Of a stretch of 64,000 bases of DNA, positions 35,943 to 45,012 are shown one piece after another. The stretch is from Patescibacteria group bacterium. GTDB lineage: Bacteria > Patescibacteriota > Microgenomatia > UBA10105 > UBA927. Below the pieces are notes generated by a model. It was not told where the DNA came from, ran no database searches, and saw nothing but the letters and a program-made list of their open reading frames with translations. The position numbers and the translations under genes are program-made. Position 1 is the first letter of the stretch. Each line of letters begins with the position of its first letter. Location: contig JAMCTH010000003.1 in NCBI GenBank assembly GCA_023379025.1, forward strand, positions 169,259-233,258, given 5' to 3'.

Positions 35943-36530
35943 ATGGAACGCACACGGACCTATTTGACGGCTCTATCCCATCTAGAAGGCCTAAATCTTA
36001 ACCTGGATAACGAAAAATACTTCAAAAGCAAAGAGATGGTAATTTGGAGGGATGGAGCTCTTAGAGCAAGTAGGTATTATCCATTCTGTAATCTCTCCAA
36101 TACAAGAGAACTTGTGTTTTCTATCGTGGACGGTTACGGAAGAGAATATTTTCCGTTACCTGGGGCGTTAGTTAACAGATTGGCAGCCTTCTTAAGGGGA
36201 GAAGGTTATGACCCATCAACAGCTGACTGCAAACGTTTCGCTTACTATTTAACTGGATTACCCTATTATGATAGATTCGATACGAATCAATGGGATAGCA
36301 CAGCATATCTGAACGACAGTTATCTATCTCCTGGAAACGCAATACTCATTTCAAATCGACAAGAGAACGATATCTATCCGAAACACATGGCAATCTACCT
36401 TACTGACGGATTATATATTTCAAAATTCGGCGTTGGAATAGGGAATAATCTTATCGTTGCAACGCTTGACGAAATGTGCAAAGGGTTTGAGGGCAATTAT
36501 GTATCGATTCTCGAACCAAAGAGAGAATAA
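35943..36530 (+). CDS. Hypothetical protein, possible papain-like (NlpC/P60-type) fold
   Basis: DCKRFAY and HMAIYLTDGLYISKFG; AT-rich sequence. Confidence 0.6.
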   Translation: MERTRTYLTALSHLEGLNLNLDNEKYFKSKEMVIWRDGALRASRYYPFCNLSNTRELVFSIVDGYGREYFPLPGALVNRLAAFLRGEGYDPSTADCKRFAYYLTGLPYYDRFDTNQWDSTAYLNDSYLSPGNAILISNRQENDIYPKHMAIYLTDGLYISKFGVGIGNNLIVATLDEMCKGFEGNYVSILEPKRE

Positions 36531-36561
36531 GAAAACCAAGCAGAATGAGGCAAAGTATGCA

Positions 36562-37098
36562 TTAATGACATTTTCGATATTCAATCCGTCTTCTGTACAT
36601 TTTCTCCGTTAATCCACCTTCTTTTTCATGTTTCTCCATTAAAGAAGCAACGAGTCTCTTAAGCAAATACCCATCAAGATTACAAAAGGTAAGAAGCATA
36701 TTAGCTGCTTCTGCAGGAGAACTAGGAAGCATTGGGGTATTTAGGGATGTTTGGGTTACCCAAACTACCCAAAATTCCCTAAACCGTTTAATTCTTTCAT
36801 CATTTTTATCCCAAATCGGTAAATTTCTCTGTCTCAAAAAATCCTGGTAGTCTTTCGTTAGTTCTTCGTTTGAGCCGTACGCAATCCCCGCAAGCTTGAT
36901 ATATGCTTTCAGAGACGGGTTGGAATATCCTTCTGCAACATTTTGACAATTCGACCGGGCGGCTTGAACCATTTGATCGTGTGTTCTGGATTTTTTATCT
37001 ATATAGAGGTCGCAAAACTTGGCCGTTAAATCATGAATAACTTTTCCGAGCATAAATGCAGCCAAATATTCGTATCCTGGGCGGGTTATATTTTTCAT
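36562..37098 (-). CDS. Four-helix-bundle protein with suffix domain
   Basis: RTHDQMVQAARSNCQNVAEG, EELTKDYQDFLRQR and EGGLTEKMY. Confidence 0.88.
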   Translation of the reverse strand: MKNITRPGYEYLAAFMLGKVIHDLTAKFCDLYIDKKSRTHDQMVQAARSNCQNVAEGYSNPSLKAYIKLAGIAYGSNEELTKDYQDFLRQRNLPIWDKNDERIKRFREFWVVWVTQTSLNTPMLPSSPAEAANMLLTFCNLDGYLLKRLVASLMEKHEKEGGLTEKMYRRRIEYRKCH

Positions 37099-37135
37099 CT
37101 ATCGCCTGAATCCAACTTGGATTATTCATTCAGGC

Positions 37136-37166
37136 ACTCAGAACATTGCAATGCAATGTTCTGAGT
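37136..37166. repeat. Perfect 15-bp inverted repeat
   Basis: ACTCAGAACATTGCA-A-TGCAATGTTCTGAGT. Confidence 0.9.
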
Positions 37167-37187
37167 AGACCTTTACACCAAAATTAG

Positions 37188-37261
37188 TCGGGGTGACTCG
37201 ACTTGAACGAGCAACCTTTCGCACCCCATGCGAATGCGCTAGCCAATTGCGCCACACCCCG
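37188..37261 (-). tRNA. tRNA-Pro(GGG); CCA not encoded
   Basis: CGGGGTG/CACCCCG acceptor stem, TTCGC-ATGGGGT-GCGAA anticodon arm and GTTCAAGTC T-loop. Confidence 0.95.
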
Positions 37262-37312
37262 CCGGGCAGAGCCCTCTGGGGCGGCGCCCTGCCGGAATAC
37301 TATATCTCTATA

Positions 37313-37567
37313 TTAGATTATCTTAAAACTTCCGTTCTTTATTGCTCTATCCAAGCTATCATGGCTTTTCTTATATTTTTTCTCTCATTCTCCCGCCTCT
37401 TCAATTGAAGGAGTTATCTGATATCCTATCAATTTTAACGGTCTTCTAAATTTTGTTGATGGAACCTGGCCTTTATTATGTTGTTGCAGTCTTTTTACTA
37501 CATGTATCGTCGAACCAATATATTTTTTACCGTCTTTCAAACTTCTTAAAACGTAGACACAATTCAT
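37313..37567 (-). pseudogene. Small GIY-YIG nuclease with an in-frame TGA
   Basis: VYVLRS..YIGST..RLQQHN. The frame continues past the TGA (37385-37387) as EKKYKKSHDSLDRAIKNGSFKII. Confidence 0.75.
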
Positions 37568-37648
37568 TTTTGTTCTCTTGTATTTTAGCATGTATTATGT
37601 GAGAATGGCATAAATCGGCCCTCTCCCCTGCCACAGGAAGGAACGCCT

Positions 37649-38686
37649 ATGCCAGCTGATGCAAAACTCCAGGCTATACGCCTCGCGATGGACCAGATCG
37701 AAAAACAGTACGGCAAGGGCTCGATCATGAAACTCGGAGAAAAAACGGCAGGCCGGATGGCGATAGACGTCATCCCGACCGGTATCCTGCCGCTCGATCT
37801 GGCCCTCGGCGTCGGCGGACTTCCGCGCGGCCGCATCATCGAGATTTACGGCCCGGAAGCATCAGGGAAAACCACGGTCTGTCTTTCCACGATAGCGGAA
37901 GCGCAAAAAGGCGGCGGCGTTGCCGCGTTTATCGATGCCGAACATGCACTCGACCCGCAATGGGCGGAAATACTCGGCGTAAAACTTGATGATCTCCTTA
38001 TCTCCCAGCCCGATACCGGAGAGCAGGCGCTTGAAATAGCCGAAACACTTATCCGAAGCGGCGGCGTCGATATCATCGTCATCGACTCCGTCGCGGCACT
38101 CGTCCCGAGGGCGGAGCTTGAGGGGGAAATGGGTGACAGCATGATGGGCGTCCAGGCACGCCTCATGTCCCAGGCGCTCCGGAAACTGACCGCCGTCATT
38201 TCCAAATCGCGCGCGGTCGTCGTATTCACGAACCAGCTGCGGCAGAAAATCGGCGTCATGTTCGGAAACCCTGAGGTAACTCCCGGAGGGCTTGCTCTCA
38301 AGTTTTACTCGAGTATCCGCATGGACTCCCGCAAAATCGAAACCTTAAAAGACGGCGAACGCGTGATCGGGAGCCGGCACCGGATACGTGTCGTGAAAAA
38401 TAAGGTTGCACCCCCCTTCCGGATCGCGGAGTTTGACGTAATGCACGACGGCATATCCAGGGAGGGCGGGCTTATTGACGTAGGGCTTGAGTTCAACGTC
38501 CTGTCCAAATCCGGCGCGTTCCTCAAATACCAGGCGCAGATGCTCGGCCAGGGACGGGAGGCTGCCAAGATGTTCCTCCGGGAAAACCCGAAACTCACGA
38601 AGGAAGTGACCGAAGCGGTCTGGAAAGTCGTCAAGTCCGGCCAGACGCAGACAAAAGTCGCGATGGGTGTCGAGGAGGAAGAATAA
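37649..38686 (+). CDS. recA: Recombinase RecA
   Basis: [25 protein letters not shown] and KNKVAPPF. Confidence 0.98.
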   Translation: MPADAKLQAIRLAMDQIEKQYGKGSIMKLGEKTAGRMAIDVIPTGILPLDLALGVGGLPRGRIIEIYGPEASGKTTVCLSTIAEAQKGGGVAAFIDAEHALDPQWAEILGVKLDDLLISQPDTGEQALEIAETLIRSGGVDIIVIDSVAALVPRAELEGEMGDSMMGVQARLMSQALRKLTAVISKSRAVVVFTNQLRQKIGVMFGNPEVTPGGLALKFYSSIRMDSRKIETLKDGERVIGSRHRIRVVKNKVAPPFRIAEFDVMHDGISREGGLIDVGLEFNVLSKSGAFLKYQAQMLGQGREAAKMFLRENPKLTKEVTEAVWKVVKSGQTQTKVAMGVEEEE

Positions 38687-38687
38687 C

Positions 38688-38873
38688 CTACTTTTTCTCT
38701 ACGCGAAATCCCACCATACCGATTACGACACTTGCCAGGATATTGAGTTTGACCATAGTGAGGATAGGAAGCGACGGATCACGGAGAACCATTACCCCGC
38801 TCCCGACCCAGATCGTTCCGATGATACCGGCTACAGACGGATACTTAACGTAAAGCAGGAGATTTTTAAACAT
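38688..38873 (-). CDS. 61-aa two-TM membrane protein (KYPSV family, copy B)
   Basis: MFKNLLLYVKYPSV...; its start overlaps the kinase stop, with GAGGT upstream. Confidence 0.75.
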   Translation of the reverse strand: MFKNLLLYVKYPSVAGIIGTIWVGSGVMVLRDPSLPILTMVKLNILASVVIGMVGFRVEKK

Positions 38874-40347
38874 ACGATACCTCTTTGAGCGTCCGCGAGA
38901 TTTTGCGGTAAAGCGGCATATCGCGTTCGGCAACCGTCCCCATCCAGTCCATAACCTGTTCTATCGCTTCTTCCACGGTGACCTCTTTCTGATGGATGGC
39001 ACCGGCATTGATGAGCGTGTCGGCGTCGAGAACATCAAGGATTTTTCTGTACGTCTCGCGCATGTGGTGAAAGTCCGGTTCGAGAAAGGTAACCCACGAC
39101 TTGTAGATCGCGACCGTTTTCATGGTCGCAAGCATCCCTTCCGGCACTCGTACGTTCAGAAACTGGCCGGTTTTGATGATGTCGAGATACATGGCGACGA
39201 AGTTCTCTTTTTCCGTCTGCTCGATCTCCCTGAACCGCTCGCGCTTTTCGTTGAGCAGACGGTGATAGTTCTCGGTCAGGAGGTCTGCCATACGGATTTT
39301 GCCGTCGGAAAAATGGTCGTCGAGAACCCGGATATAGCGGTAAAATTTCCCCGCCCCCCATTCAAGGAATTCGCGTCCAATGCCCTGCATGTCCATGCTG
39401 TCCGCGCGGTCAAGCATGAGACGGACGATATTGTAGTAATTCCTTCTGTTTCTCGGGGATTGCCCTACAATGCCGAAATCTATGAGCGCGTACCGGTTAT
39501 CCGGAAGAATTTTTATGTTTCCGGGATGGGGATCGGCGTAGAAAAGTTCATGGACAAATCCCTGAATCCCCAGGTCAAACGCGATCCGGCGGATGATCGT
39601 ATAAATATCCGTCCGGTATGTCTGCCGGAGCCAAGCTTTGTAATCGAACCCGGGATGTCCGCTCCGCATGCGGATAAGGTCGGTAAGCGCGATGCCGCCG
39701 ACATACTCCTGCACGAGGATACGGTTTGTCGACAATCCCGGGAACGTCCGCGGGATAAGGACCTCCGGCACGGATTTGTAGATATCATAAAAATACGCGG
39801 CGTGTTCGGCCTCTCTCCGGTAGTCCAGCTCTTCAAGGGTCGACTGCTCAAATTCGCAAATAAGCGCATTCACGTCAAGAATGCGCTGGTCATAGATGAA
39901 GGAAGCAAACCGCCCGAATGCCTTAAGGAGCAGAAAGTCAAACCGGAGCGCCCTGACCAGATTCGGGCGTTTTACCTTGATAATGACATCCGTCCCGTCC
40001 GTAAGCGTCGCACGGTACACCTGGCCGAAGGTACCGGACGCGAACGGTATTCTGTCTATGGAACGGAACGTTTCGGAAGCGGCAGCACCCAATTCTTTGT
40101 TGAGGATATCGGAAATAGGTAAGGGGACAAACGGCACGGCGTCATAAAAACTCAGATACCGCATCTTCTCCGAATCGGGAAAAACATCCGTCCTGAGGCA
40201 CATGAACTGGATGAGTTTGACGTAGACACCGCCGAGCGTCGTGATCCCGTCATAGAGTACGTCTGACCATGCCGGACTCCGCTCTATGCTTTTCCGATAC
40301 CAAAGGAGCAAAGAATATTTTAAAACCAGAAAAAGACGCGGCATCAT
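38866..40347 (-). CDS. AarF/UbiB/ABC1-family atypical kinase
   Basis: LGGVYVKLIQ, FASGTFGQVYRA, IKVKRP, ELDYRREA, YADPHPGN and IDFG. Confidence 0.9.
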   Translation of the reverse strand: MMPRLFLVLKYSLLLWYRKSIERSPAWSDVLYDGITTLGGVYVKLIQFMCLRTDVFPDSEKMRYLSFYDAVPFVPLPISDILNKELGAAASETFRSIDRIPFASGTFGQVYRATLTDGTDVIIKVKRPNLVRALRFDFLLLKAFGRFASFIYDQRILDVNALICEFEQSTLEELDYRREAEHAAYFYDIYKSVPEVLIPRTFPGLSTNRILVQEYVGGIALTDLIRMRSGHPGFDYKAWLRQTYRTDIYTIIRRIAFDLGIQGFVHELFYADPHPGNIKILPDNRYALIDFGIVGQSPRNRRNYYNIVRLMLDRADSMDMQGIGREFLEWGAGKFYRYIRVLDDHFSDGKIRMADLLTENYHRLLNEKRERFREIEQTEKENFVAMYLDIIKTGQFLNVRVPEGMLATMKTVAIYKSWVTFLEPDFHHMRETYRKILDVLDADTLINAGAIHQKEVTVEEAIEQVMDWMGTVAERDMPLYRKISRTLKEVSYV

Positions 40348-40505
40348 GCATTTCTCCAAAACCCTATGAAAAACAGGACGACGGAAAAGACAAGGGTTGC
40401 CAGGTAGAGGTCAAAAGCGAGCTTCGTATCCCTGAAGGCGAAACTGATGCATAGCACCACTATCCAGGAAAACAGGATTGCAAGAAATACCGACGGATAT
40501 TTCAT
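40344..40505 (-). CDS. 53-aa two-TM membrane protein (KYPSV family, copy A)
   Basis: MKYPSVFLAILFSW...; TATACT-7 nt-ATG; ATGA overlap with the kinase. Confidence 0.75.
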   Translation of the reverse strand: MKYPSVFLAILFSWIVVLCISFAFRDTKLAFDLYLATLVFSVVLFFIGFWRNA

Positions 40506-40552
40506 CGGGATAAGTATAGCACGGATGCGGCATGCGGGCCGCGTGAGCATTC

Positions 40553-41035
40553 TTATCTCTTCGGGGACTGTTTCCTGGCTCTCGCTTTTCCGGCATAGCC
40601 GGCTTTTCTTCGTTGTTTTGCCCTGGGATCGCGGGTGAGAAAGCCCCGTTTTTTGAGGATAGGACGGAACTTTTCGCTGTCTACCTTCAGAAGGGCCCGG
40701 GAAATGCCATGGATGACCGCACCAAGTTGCCCGGATGATCCGCCGCCTTCCACACGGATGCTTGTCGCGAAACGGCTGATTGTATTCGTAGTCCGGAATG
40801 GTTCAAGATACATTTTTTTGCTGACCTCACCGGGAAAATATGATTCCGCGGGCCTGCCATTCACGATGATGCTTCCTTTTTCCATTGTCTTCCCACCGAG
40901 AGACACTGTGGCGTCTTTGACCACGTAGAGCCGCACCCGTGCATTGCTTTCTTTTCTCCTGCCGAGCGCTTCGTAATAAGACACTGGAGACTCCTTGACA
41001 GAAGGCACCTCCAGAGCCTGATGTTTTGCTTCCAT
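40553..41035 (-). CDS. rpsI: 30S ribosomal protein S9
   Basis: GRRKES, GGGSSGQ, LTRDPR and QSPKR. Confidence 0.95.
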   Translation of the reverse strand: MEAKHQALEVPSVKESPVSYYEALGRRKESNARVRLYVVKDATVSLGGKTMEKGSIIVNGRPAESYFPGEVSKKMYLEPFRTTNTISRFATSIRVEGGGSSGQLGAVIHGISRALLKVDSEKFRPILKKRGFLTRDPRAKQRRKAGYAGKARARKQSPKR

Positions 41036-41043
41036 GGTATCTG

Positions 41044-41478
41044 TTATGACGTTTTTTCCGTTACAAATTTATCCCCGTAGGTGTGCTCGTTTCCGGCAAA
41101 TACATACAGCCGTGTTATGAGACGGTCCCGCAGTTTATTTTTGGGGAGCATCCCGAATACTGCGTTCCGGATAAGCTTCGTCGGCTTTTCCTTCCGGACC
41201 TGCCGGAGAGCTTTTTGCTTGAGTCCGCCCGGATATCCCGAATACGTTCCATAGAGTTTCTGCTCTTCCTTTTTCCCGGTAACCGCAACTTCGGCTCCGT
41301 TTATGACGACCACATAATCGCCGCAGTCCAGGTGGCGTACAAAGTACGGCTTGCTTTTGCCCATAAGTTTAAGCGCTGCTTCGGAAGCGATGCGTCCCAG
41401 AATTTTCCCTTTTGCATCCAATAAATGCCAGGATCGCTTGACGTCGCTGATTTTTGTCGGTCGTGTAGCTTTCTTCAT
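41044..41478 (-). CDS. rplM: 50S ribosomal protein L13
   Basis: WHLLDAKGKILGR, DCGDYVVVIN and GMLPKN. Confidence 0.96.
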   Translation of the reverse strand: MKKATRPTKISDVKRSWHLLDAKGKILGRIASEAALKLMGKSKPYFVRHLDCGDYVVVINGAEVAVTGKKEEQKLYGTYSGYPGGLKQKALRQVRKEKPTKLIRNAVFGMLPKNKLRDRLITRLYVFAGNEHTYGDKFVTEKTS

Positions 41479-41492
41479 ATCCTCTACCCTGT

Positions 41493-41975
41493 TTATTTCG
41501 ACTTCTCGGATTTTTTCGCGACACTCCGTTTTTTTGGTATTTTCGTTGCGTTTCTTTCCGGTGTCCTGGATTCTTCCCCGCCTTTTGTTGCATCGGGCGC
41601 AATGACATCCGTTACAACGCGTTCGTCAATAAACCGCAGAAGCACGACTTCCGCATTATCTCCCGCTCTTGCACCAAGACGGTGGAGAGAAGTAAAACCG
41701 CTCGATCTTCCGGCAAAACGGGTCTTCCCGTCCGATACCAAAAGATCCGTCAGCTTTTCATCGGCAAGCACTTTCAGAATGCCGTTTCGATCACTGCGCG
41801 AACCTCCCTTGGCTTTCGTCACCAGTTTTTCCGCTAAAGGACGGACTGCCCGTGCTTTTGCAGCCGTGGTTTTTATCTGACCGTGAATGATAAGCGAACG
41901 CACAAGATTTCGGAACAGGCCTGTCCGTTCGTTTTTGGTCCTTGATAATTTCCTGCCGAAATATCCGTGCCTCAT
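41493..41975 (-). CDS. rplQ: 50S ribosomal protein L17 with C-terminal extension
   Basis: MRHG..RKLSR, IKTT.AKA and RAGDNA. Confidence 0.95.
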   Translation of the reverse strand: MRHGYFGRKLSRTKNERTGLFRNLVRSLIIHGQIKTTAAKARAVRPLAEKLVTKAKGGSRSDRNGILKVLADEKLTDLLVSDGKTRFAGRSSGFTSLHRLGARAGDNAEVVLLRFIDERVVTDVIAPDATKGGEESRTPERNATKIPKKRSVAKKSEKSK

Positions 41976-42892
41976 ACCGTAAGTGCAACTCCCTTTTCCC
42001 TAAGCTTCTCTTCGACAACGGAGAGCGACTTCACGCCAAGATTTTTTATCTTTATAAGCTCACTTCTCTGCGTTCCGAGAAGCTGGCCGACCGTCTCGAT
42101 TCCTCCGTTTGCGAACGCATTGACGATCCTGGTCGGAATATCGAGTTCTTCGATGCGCATCTTAAGAATTTCATCCGAAACCGCCGGAGAGACGGCCACG
42201 GCTTCATCACCCGATGCGGCCTTTGGCTCATACATCTGCAGAAAATACGAAACAAGTATTTTCGCAGCCTGCTTGATGGCATCACCCGCACCGATCGTTC
42301 CGTCGGTCCAGACTTCAAGAACCAGCCGGTCCAGATTGGTCATGCGTCCGACCCTGGTTGCTTCTACCCGGTAGTTCACCCGTAACACCGGAGAGAATAT
42401 TCCGGGCACCGGAATGACCCCTATTTCATCGCTCTTTTTTTCTTCGCTGACGATAAATCCGTACCCGGTATTTACCGTCAGTTCCATCTCAAGCGATGCC
42501 TTTTTATCCGCAAGATGCCCAAGTACCAGATCCGGATTGACCACGGTCACACCGGCCGGAACATCGATATCGCCGGCAGTGACCACTCCCGGCCCGCTTT
42601 TCACGAGATGAAGCGTCGCCGTATCCGTTCCTTCAAGGCGGACGCGCACTTTTTTGAGGCCGAGAACCAGTTCCACGACATCCTCCTTGAGTCCCTGAAG
42701 CGTCGAAAACTGATGGGTGACGCCATTGATTTTGACTGACGTAATCGCGCTTCCCGGAAGTGAGGTCAGAAGCACGCGCCGCAGTGCATTGCCGAGCGTT
42801 TGCCCGTACCCCTGTTCCAAGGGTTCAATGACGTATAATCCGTAATCCTGACGGTCGGTATCTGCTTTCAGGGTAAAAGTCGGTTCAAACAT
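41972..42892 (-). CDS. rpoA: RNA polymerase subunit alpha
   Basis: EPLEQGYGQTLGNALRRVLL, FSPV and KNLGVKS. Confidence 0.97.
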   Translation of the reverse strand: MFEPTFTLKADTDRQDYGLYVIEPLEQGYGQTLGNALRRVLLTSLPGSAITSVKINGVTHQFSTLQGLKEDVVELVLGLKKVRVRLEGTDTATLHLVKSGPGVVTAGDIDVPAGVTVVNPDLVLGHLADKKASLEMELTVNTGYGFIVSEEKKSDEIGVIPVPGIFSPVLRVNYRVEATRVGRMTNLDRLVLEVWTDGTIGAGDAIKQAAKILVSYFLQMYEPKAASGDEAVAVSPAVSDEILKMRIEELDIPTRIVNAFANGGIETVGQLLGTQRSELIKIKNLGVKSLSVVEEKLREKGVALTV

Positions 42893-42980
42893 AGTATCCT
42901 ATGCTTCTGACGCCGGGGGCGAAAACGTTGCACGCCGTGCTGCGACGATGTCCGCTCCGGACCGCAGAGCATATCCTTTC

Positions 42981-43601
42981 TTAACGTGAATAAAACTCTA
43001 CTATAAGCTGTACATTGATGTCTTCCGTTATATCCGTACGCACCGGGAGCCGGACGATCTTTCCGACCGGCCCCTTCCGCATGATCCATTCAGGAATCTT
43101 CACCGTATCGGTTGCCAGAAGCGTTTTGACGGCCGGAATCTCCATGGCTTTGGTTGTCAGGGTCACCACATCTTCCGGTTTTGTCATATAGGAGGCTATA
43201 GTAAGCTTTTGCCCGTTTACCAGCACATGCCCATGCGATACGAGCTGACGCGCTGCTGCACGGGTCGGGGCAAGACCGAGGCGGTATATGGTGTTATCGA
43301 GCCTCCGTTCCATAAACTCAAGAAGTTTCTCTCCGGTATTCCCTTTCCATGTTCTGGCCCGTTCGAAATTTTTCCGGAATTGCCGTTCGAGCACGCCGTA
43401 CATACGTTTGGCCTTCTGTTTCTCCCTGAGTTGATCGCCATACCCCGAACTCTTCCGTCTTCCGTGCGGGCCATGCATGCCCGGGGGCACATTGAGACGC
43501 CTGAGAAGCGATGCGTGCGCGCGGCTCCCGGCGGTCTTGGCTCCGAGATCTTCTCCTTCGCGTCTGCTTAAACGATTTTTCGGTCCTGTATAGCGAGCCA
43601 T
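42981..43601 (-). CDS. rpsD: 30S ribosomal protein S4
   Basis: MARYTGP, QLREKQK, ARQLVSHGH and IVEFYSR. Confidence 0.97.
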   Translation of the reverse strand: MARYTGPKNRLSRREGEDLGAKTAGSRAHASLLRRLNVPPGMHGPHGRRKSSGYGDQLREKQKAKRMYGVLERQFRKNFERARTWKGNTGEKLLEFMERRLDNTIYRLGLAPTRAAARQLVSHGHVLVNGQKLTIASYMTKPEDVVTLTTKAMEIPAVKTLLATDTVKIPEWIMRKGPVGKIVRLPVRTDITEDINVQLIVEFYSR

Positions 43602-43614
43602 ATAAAAACAAGTT

Positions 43615-43690
43615 TCAAAACGCAAATCCCAATGTCCGGTCAATACTCCTCTTCCGCATTGGGTATTGTGATTTGAGATTTGAGATTTGC
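43615..43690. repeat. Inverted heptamer arrays between rpsK and rpsD
   Basis: CAAAACG CAAATCC CAAT ... TATTGTG ATTTGAG ATTTGAG ATTTGC. Confidence 0.75.
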
Positions 43691-43694
43691 ATTG

Positions 43695-44066
43695 TTATAC
43701 TCTCCGCTTTTTCTTCGCGCGGACGCCGTTATGCGGTATGGGCGTCACGTCGGCGATAAGACTGATCGCAAGCCCCACCGCCTTAAGACCCCGGAGTGCG
43801 GCATCGCGCCCGGCGCCCGGTCCTTTGATATACACCTCAACTTCCCGCATGCCCTGCATCTGTGCCTTGCGGGCGACTGCTTCGACTGCGGTTGTCGCCG
43901 CATACGGCGTGGATTTCCGCGCCCCTTTAAATCCGGCCATGCCGGAAGATCCCCAGCAAACCGTATTCCCCTCGCGGTCCGTGATCGTCACCAACGTATT
44001 GTTGAATGTCGCCGTGATATAGACTTTTCCCTTTTCTACCGTCCGTTTTGCTTTCATCTGCGCCAT
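43695..44066 (-). CDS. rpsK: 30S ribosomal protein S11
   Basis: [12 protein letters not shown] and DVTPIPHNG. Confidence 0.97.
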   Translation of the reverse strand: MAQMKAKRTVEKGKVYITATFNNTLVTITDREGNTVCWGSSGMAGFKGARKSTPYAATTAVEAVARKAQMQGMREVEVYIKGPGAGRDAALRGLKAVGLAISLIADVTPIPHNGVRAKKKRRV

Positions 44067-44080
44067 AGGATACCTCACCG

Positions 44081-44494
44081 TCAGCTTTTGGTACCGGCAG
44101 GAGCCGGCGCCATCTTTGCTTTATCGTCCTTTTTCATAGCACCGATCGTTATTCGCTTCCCGCGCTTGGTTCTTGCATTGGATCTGGTCCGTTGCCCCCG
44201 CGCCGGCAGACTTTTGGCATGCCGCATCCCGCGGTATGATCCGATCTCCCTGAGGCGCTTGATATTTTCCATGACCTGCCGCCTGAGATCTCCGGACACC
44301 AGATAATTTTTTTCTATAATTTTTGCGAGCCGGTTGGTTTCCTCGTCCGTCAGGGTCTTCACCCGCCGGTCGCCCGGTATCCCGGCTTCCCTGAGAATCC
44401 CCACGACATTGGATCTGCCTACCCCGTAAATGTAGGTCAGGCCGATATCCAGGCGTTTTTCTGCCGGTAAATCGATTCCTGCGATGCGTGCCAT
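44081..44494 (-). CDS. rpsM: 30S ribosomal protein S13
   Basis: MARIAGID and [14 protein letters not shown]. Confidence 0.97.
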   Translation of the reverse strand: MARIAGIDLPAEKRLDIGLTYIYGVGRSNVVGILREAGIPGDRRVKTLTDEETNRLAKIIEKNYLVSGDLRRQVMENIKRLREIGSYRGMRHAKSLPARGQRTRSNARTKRGKRITIGAMKKDDKAKMAPAPAGTKS

Positions 44495-44509
44495 ATAAAA
44501 ATAAGAATC

Positions 44510-44539
44510 CGTTAGTTCGTTAATTCGTTCGTTCGTTCG
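44510..44539. repeat. 8-mer array between rpmJ and rpsM
   Basis: CGTTAGTT CGTTAATT CGTTCGTT CGTTCG. Confidence 0.75.
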
Positions 44540-44559
44540 AAAAACGATTCATCTTCTCA

Positions 44560-44673
44560 TTATCCCTGCCGTTGTTTATGTTTCGGATTGTCGCAGATCA
44601 CGTACACCTTTCCGCGCCTGCGGACAATCTTGCATTTCTTACACATGAGTTTGACGCTTGCACGAACTTTCAT
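44560..44673 (-). CDS. rpmJ: 50S ribosomal protein L36
   Basis: [14 protein letters not shown]...PKHKQRQG. Confidence 0.97.
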   Translation of the reverse strand: MKVRASVKLMCKKCKIVRRRGKVYVICDNPKHKQRQG

Positions 44674-44675
44674 AC

Positions 44676-44894
44676 CTATTTCATTCTGTACGTAATCCTG
44701 CCTTTTGTCGCATCGTAGGGAGTCATTTCCATCTTCACCCGGTCGCCCGGCATAATGCGGATAAAATGAATCCGCATCTTCCCTGATAAATGACAAAGTA
44801 CTATCCTGCCGTTCGGCAGTTTCACCCGGAACAGCGTGTTCGGCAGACATTCGATCACTTCACCTTCCACTTCAATGCTTCCCTGGTGGGCCAT
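44676..44894 (-). CDS. infA: Translation initiation factor IF-1
   Basis: [18 protein letters not shown] and KGRITYR. Confidence 0.97.
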   Translation of the reverse strand: MAHQGSIEVEGEVIECLPNTLFRVKLPNGRIVLCHLSGKMRIHFIRIMPGDRVKMEMTPYDATKGRITYRMK

Positions 44895-45012
44895 ACCGTA
44901 AATATATAACCACGACAAACCCGTCGCCCTCAAAAAAACGTGCGCGGGGTAAAAAATATCGGGCGTTCCCGAGTAAAGCCGGGACACCCGACTCTGGATT
45001 TTCTATTGTACC

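Noticed and set aside
1102-37098. Diversity-generating retroelement suggested by Avd-like four-helix genes
   Set aside because: No reverse transcriptase and no TR/VR pair with adenine-specific mismatches was seen in the window.
35492-37261. Prophage or integrative element at tRNA-Pro
   Set aside because: No integrase, phage gene or duplicated tRNA 3' end (att site) was found by eye.
37385-37387. In-frame TGA in the GIY-YIG gene as evidence of UGA recoding (genetic code 25)
   Set aside because: Many conserved genes here end at TGA (tuf, rpsJ, rpoA, rplC, infA), so a nonsense mutation is the simpler explanation.
37649-38686. Intein or intron in recA or other core genes
   Set aside because: Lengths are normal and motifs are contiguous.
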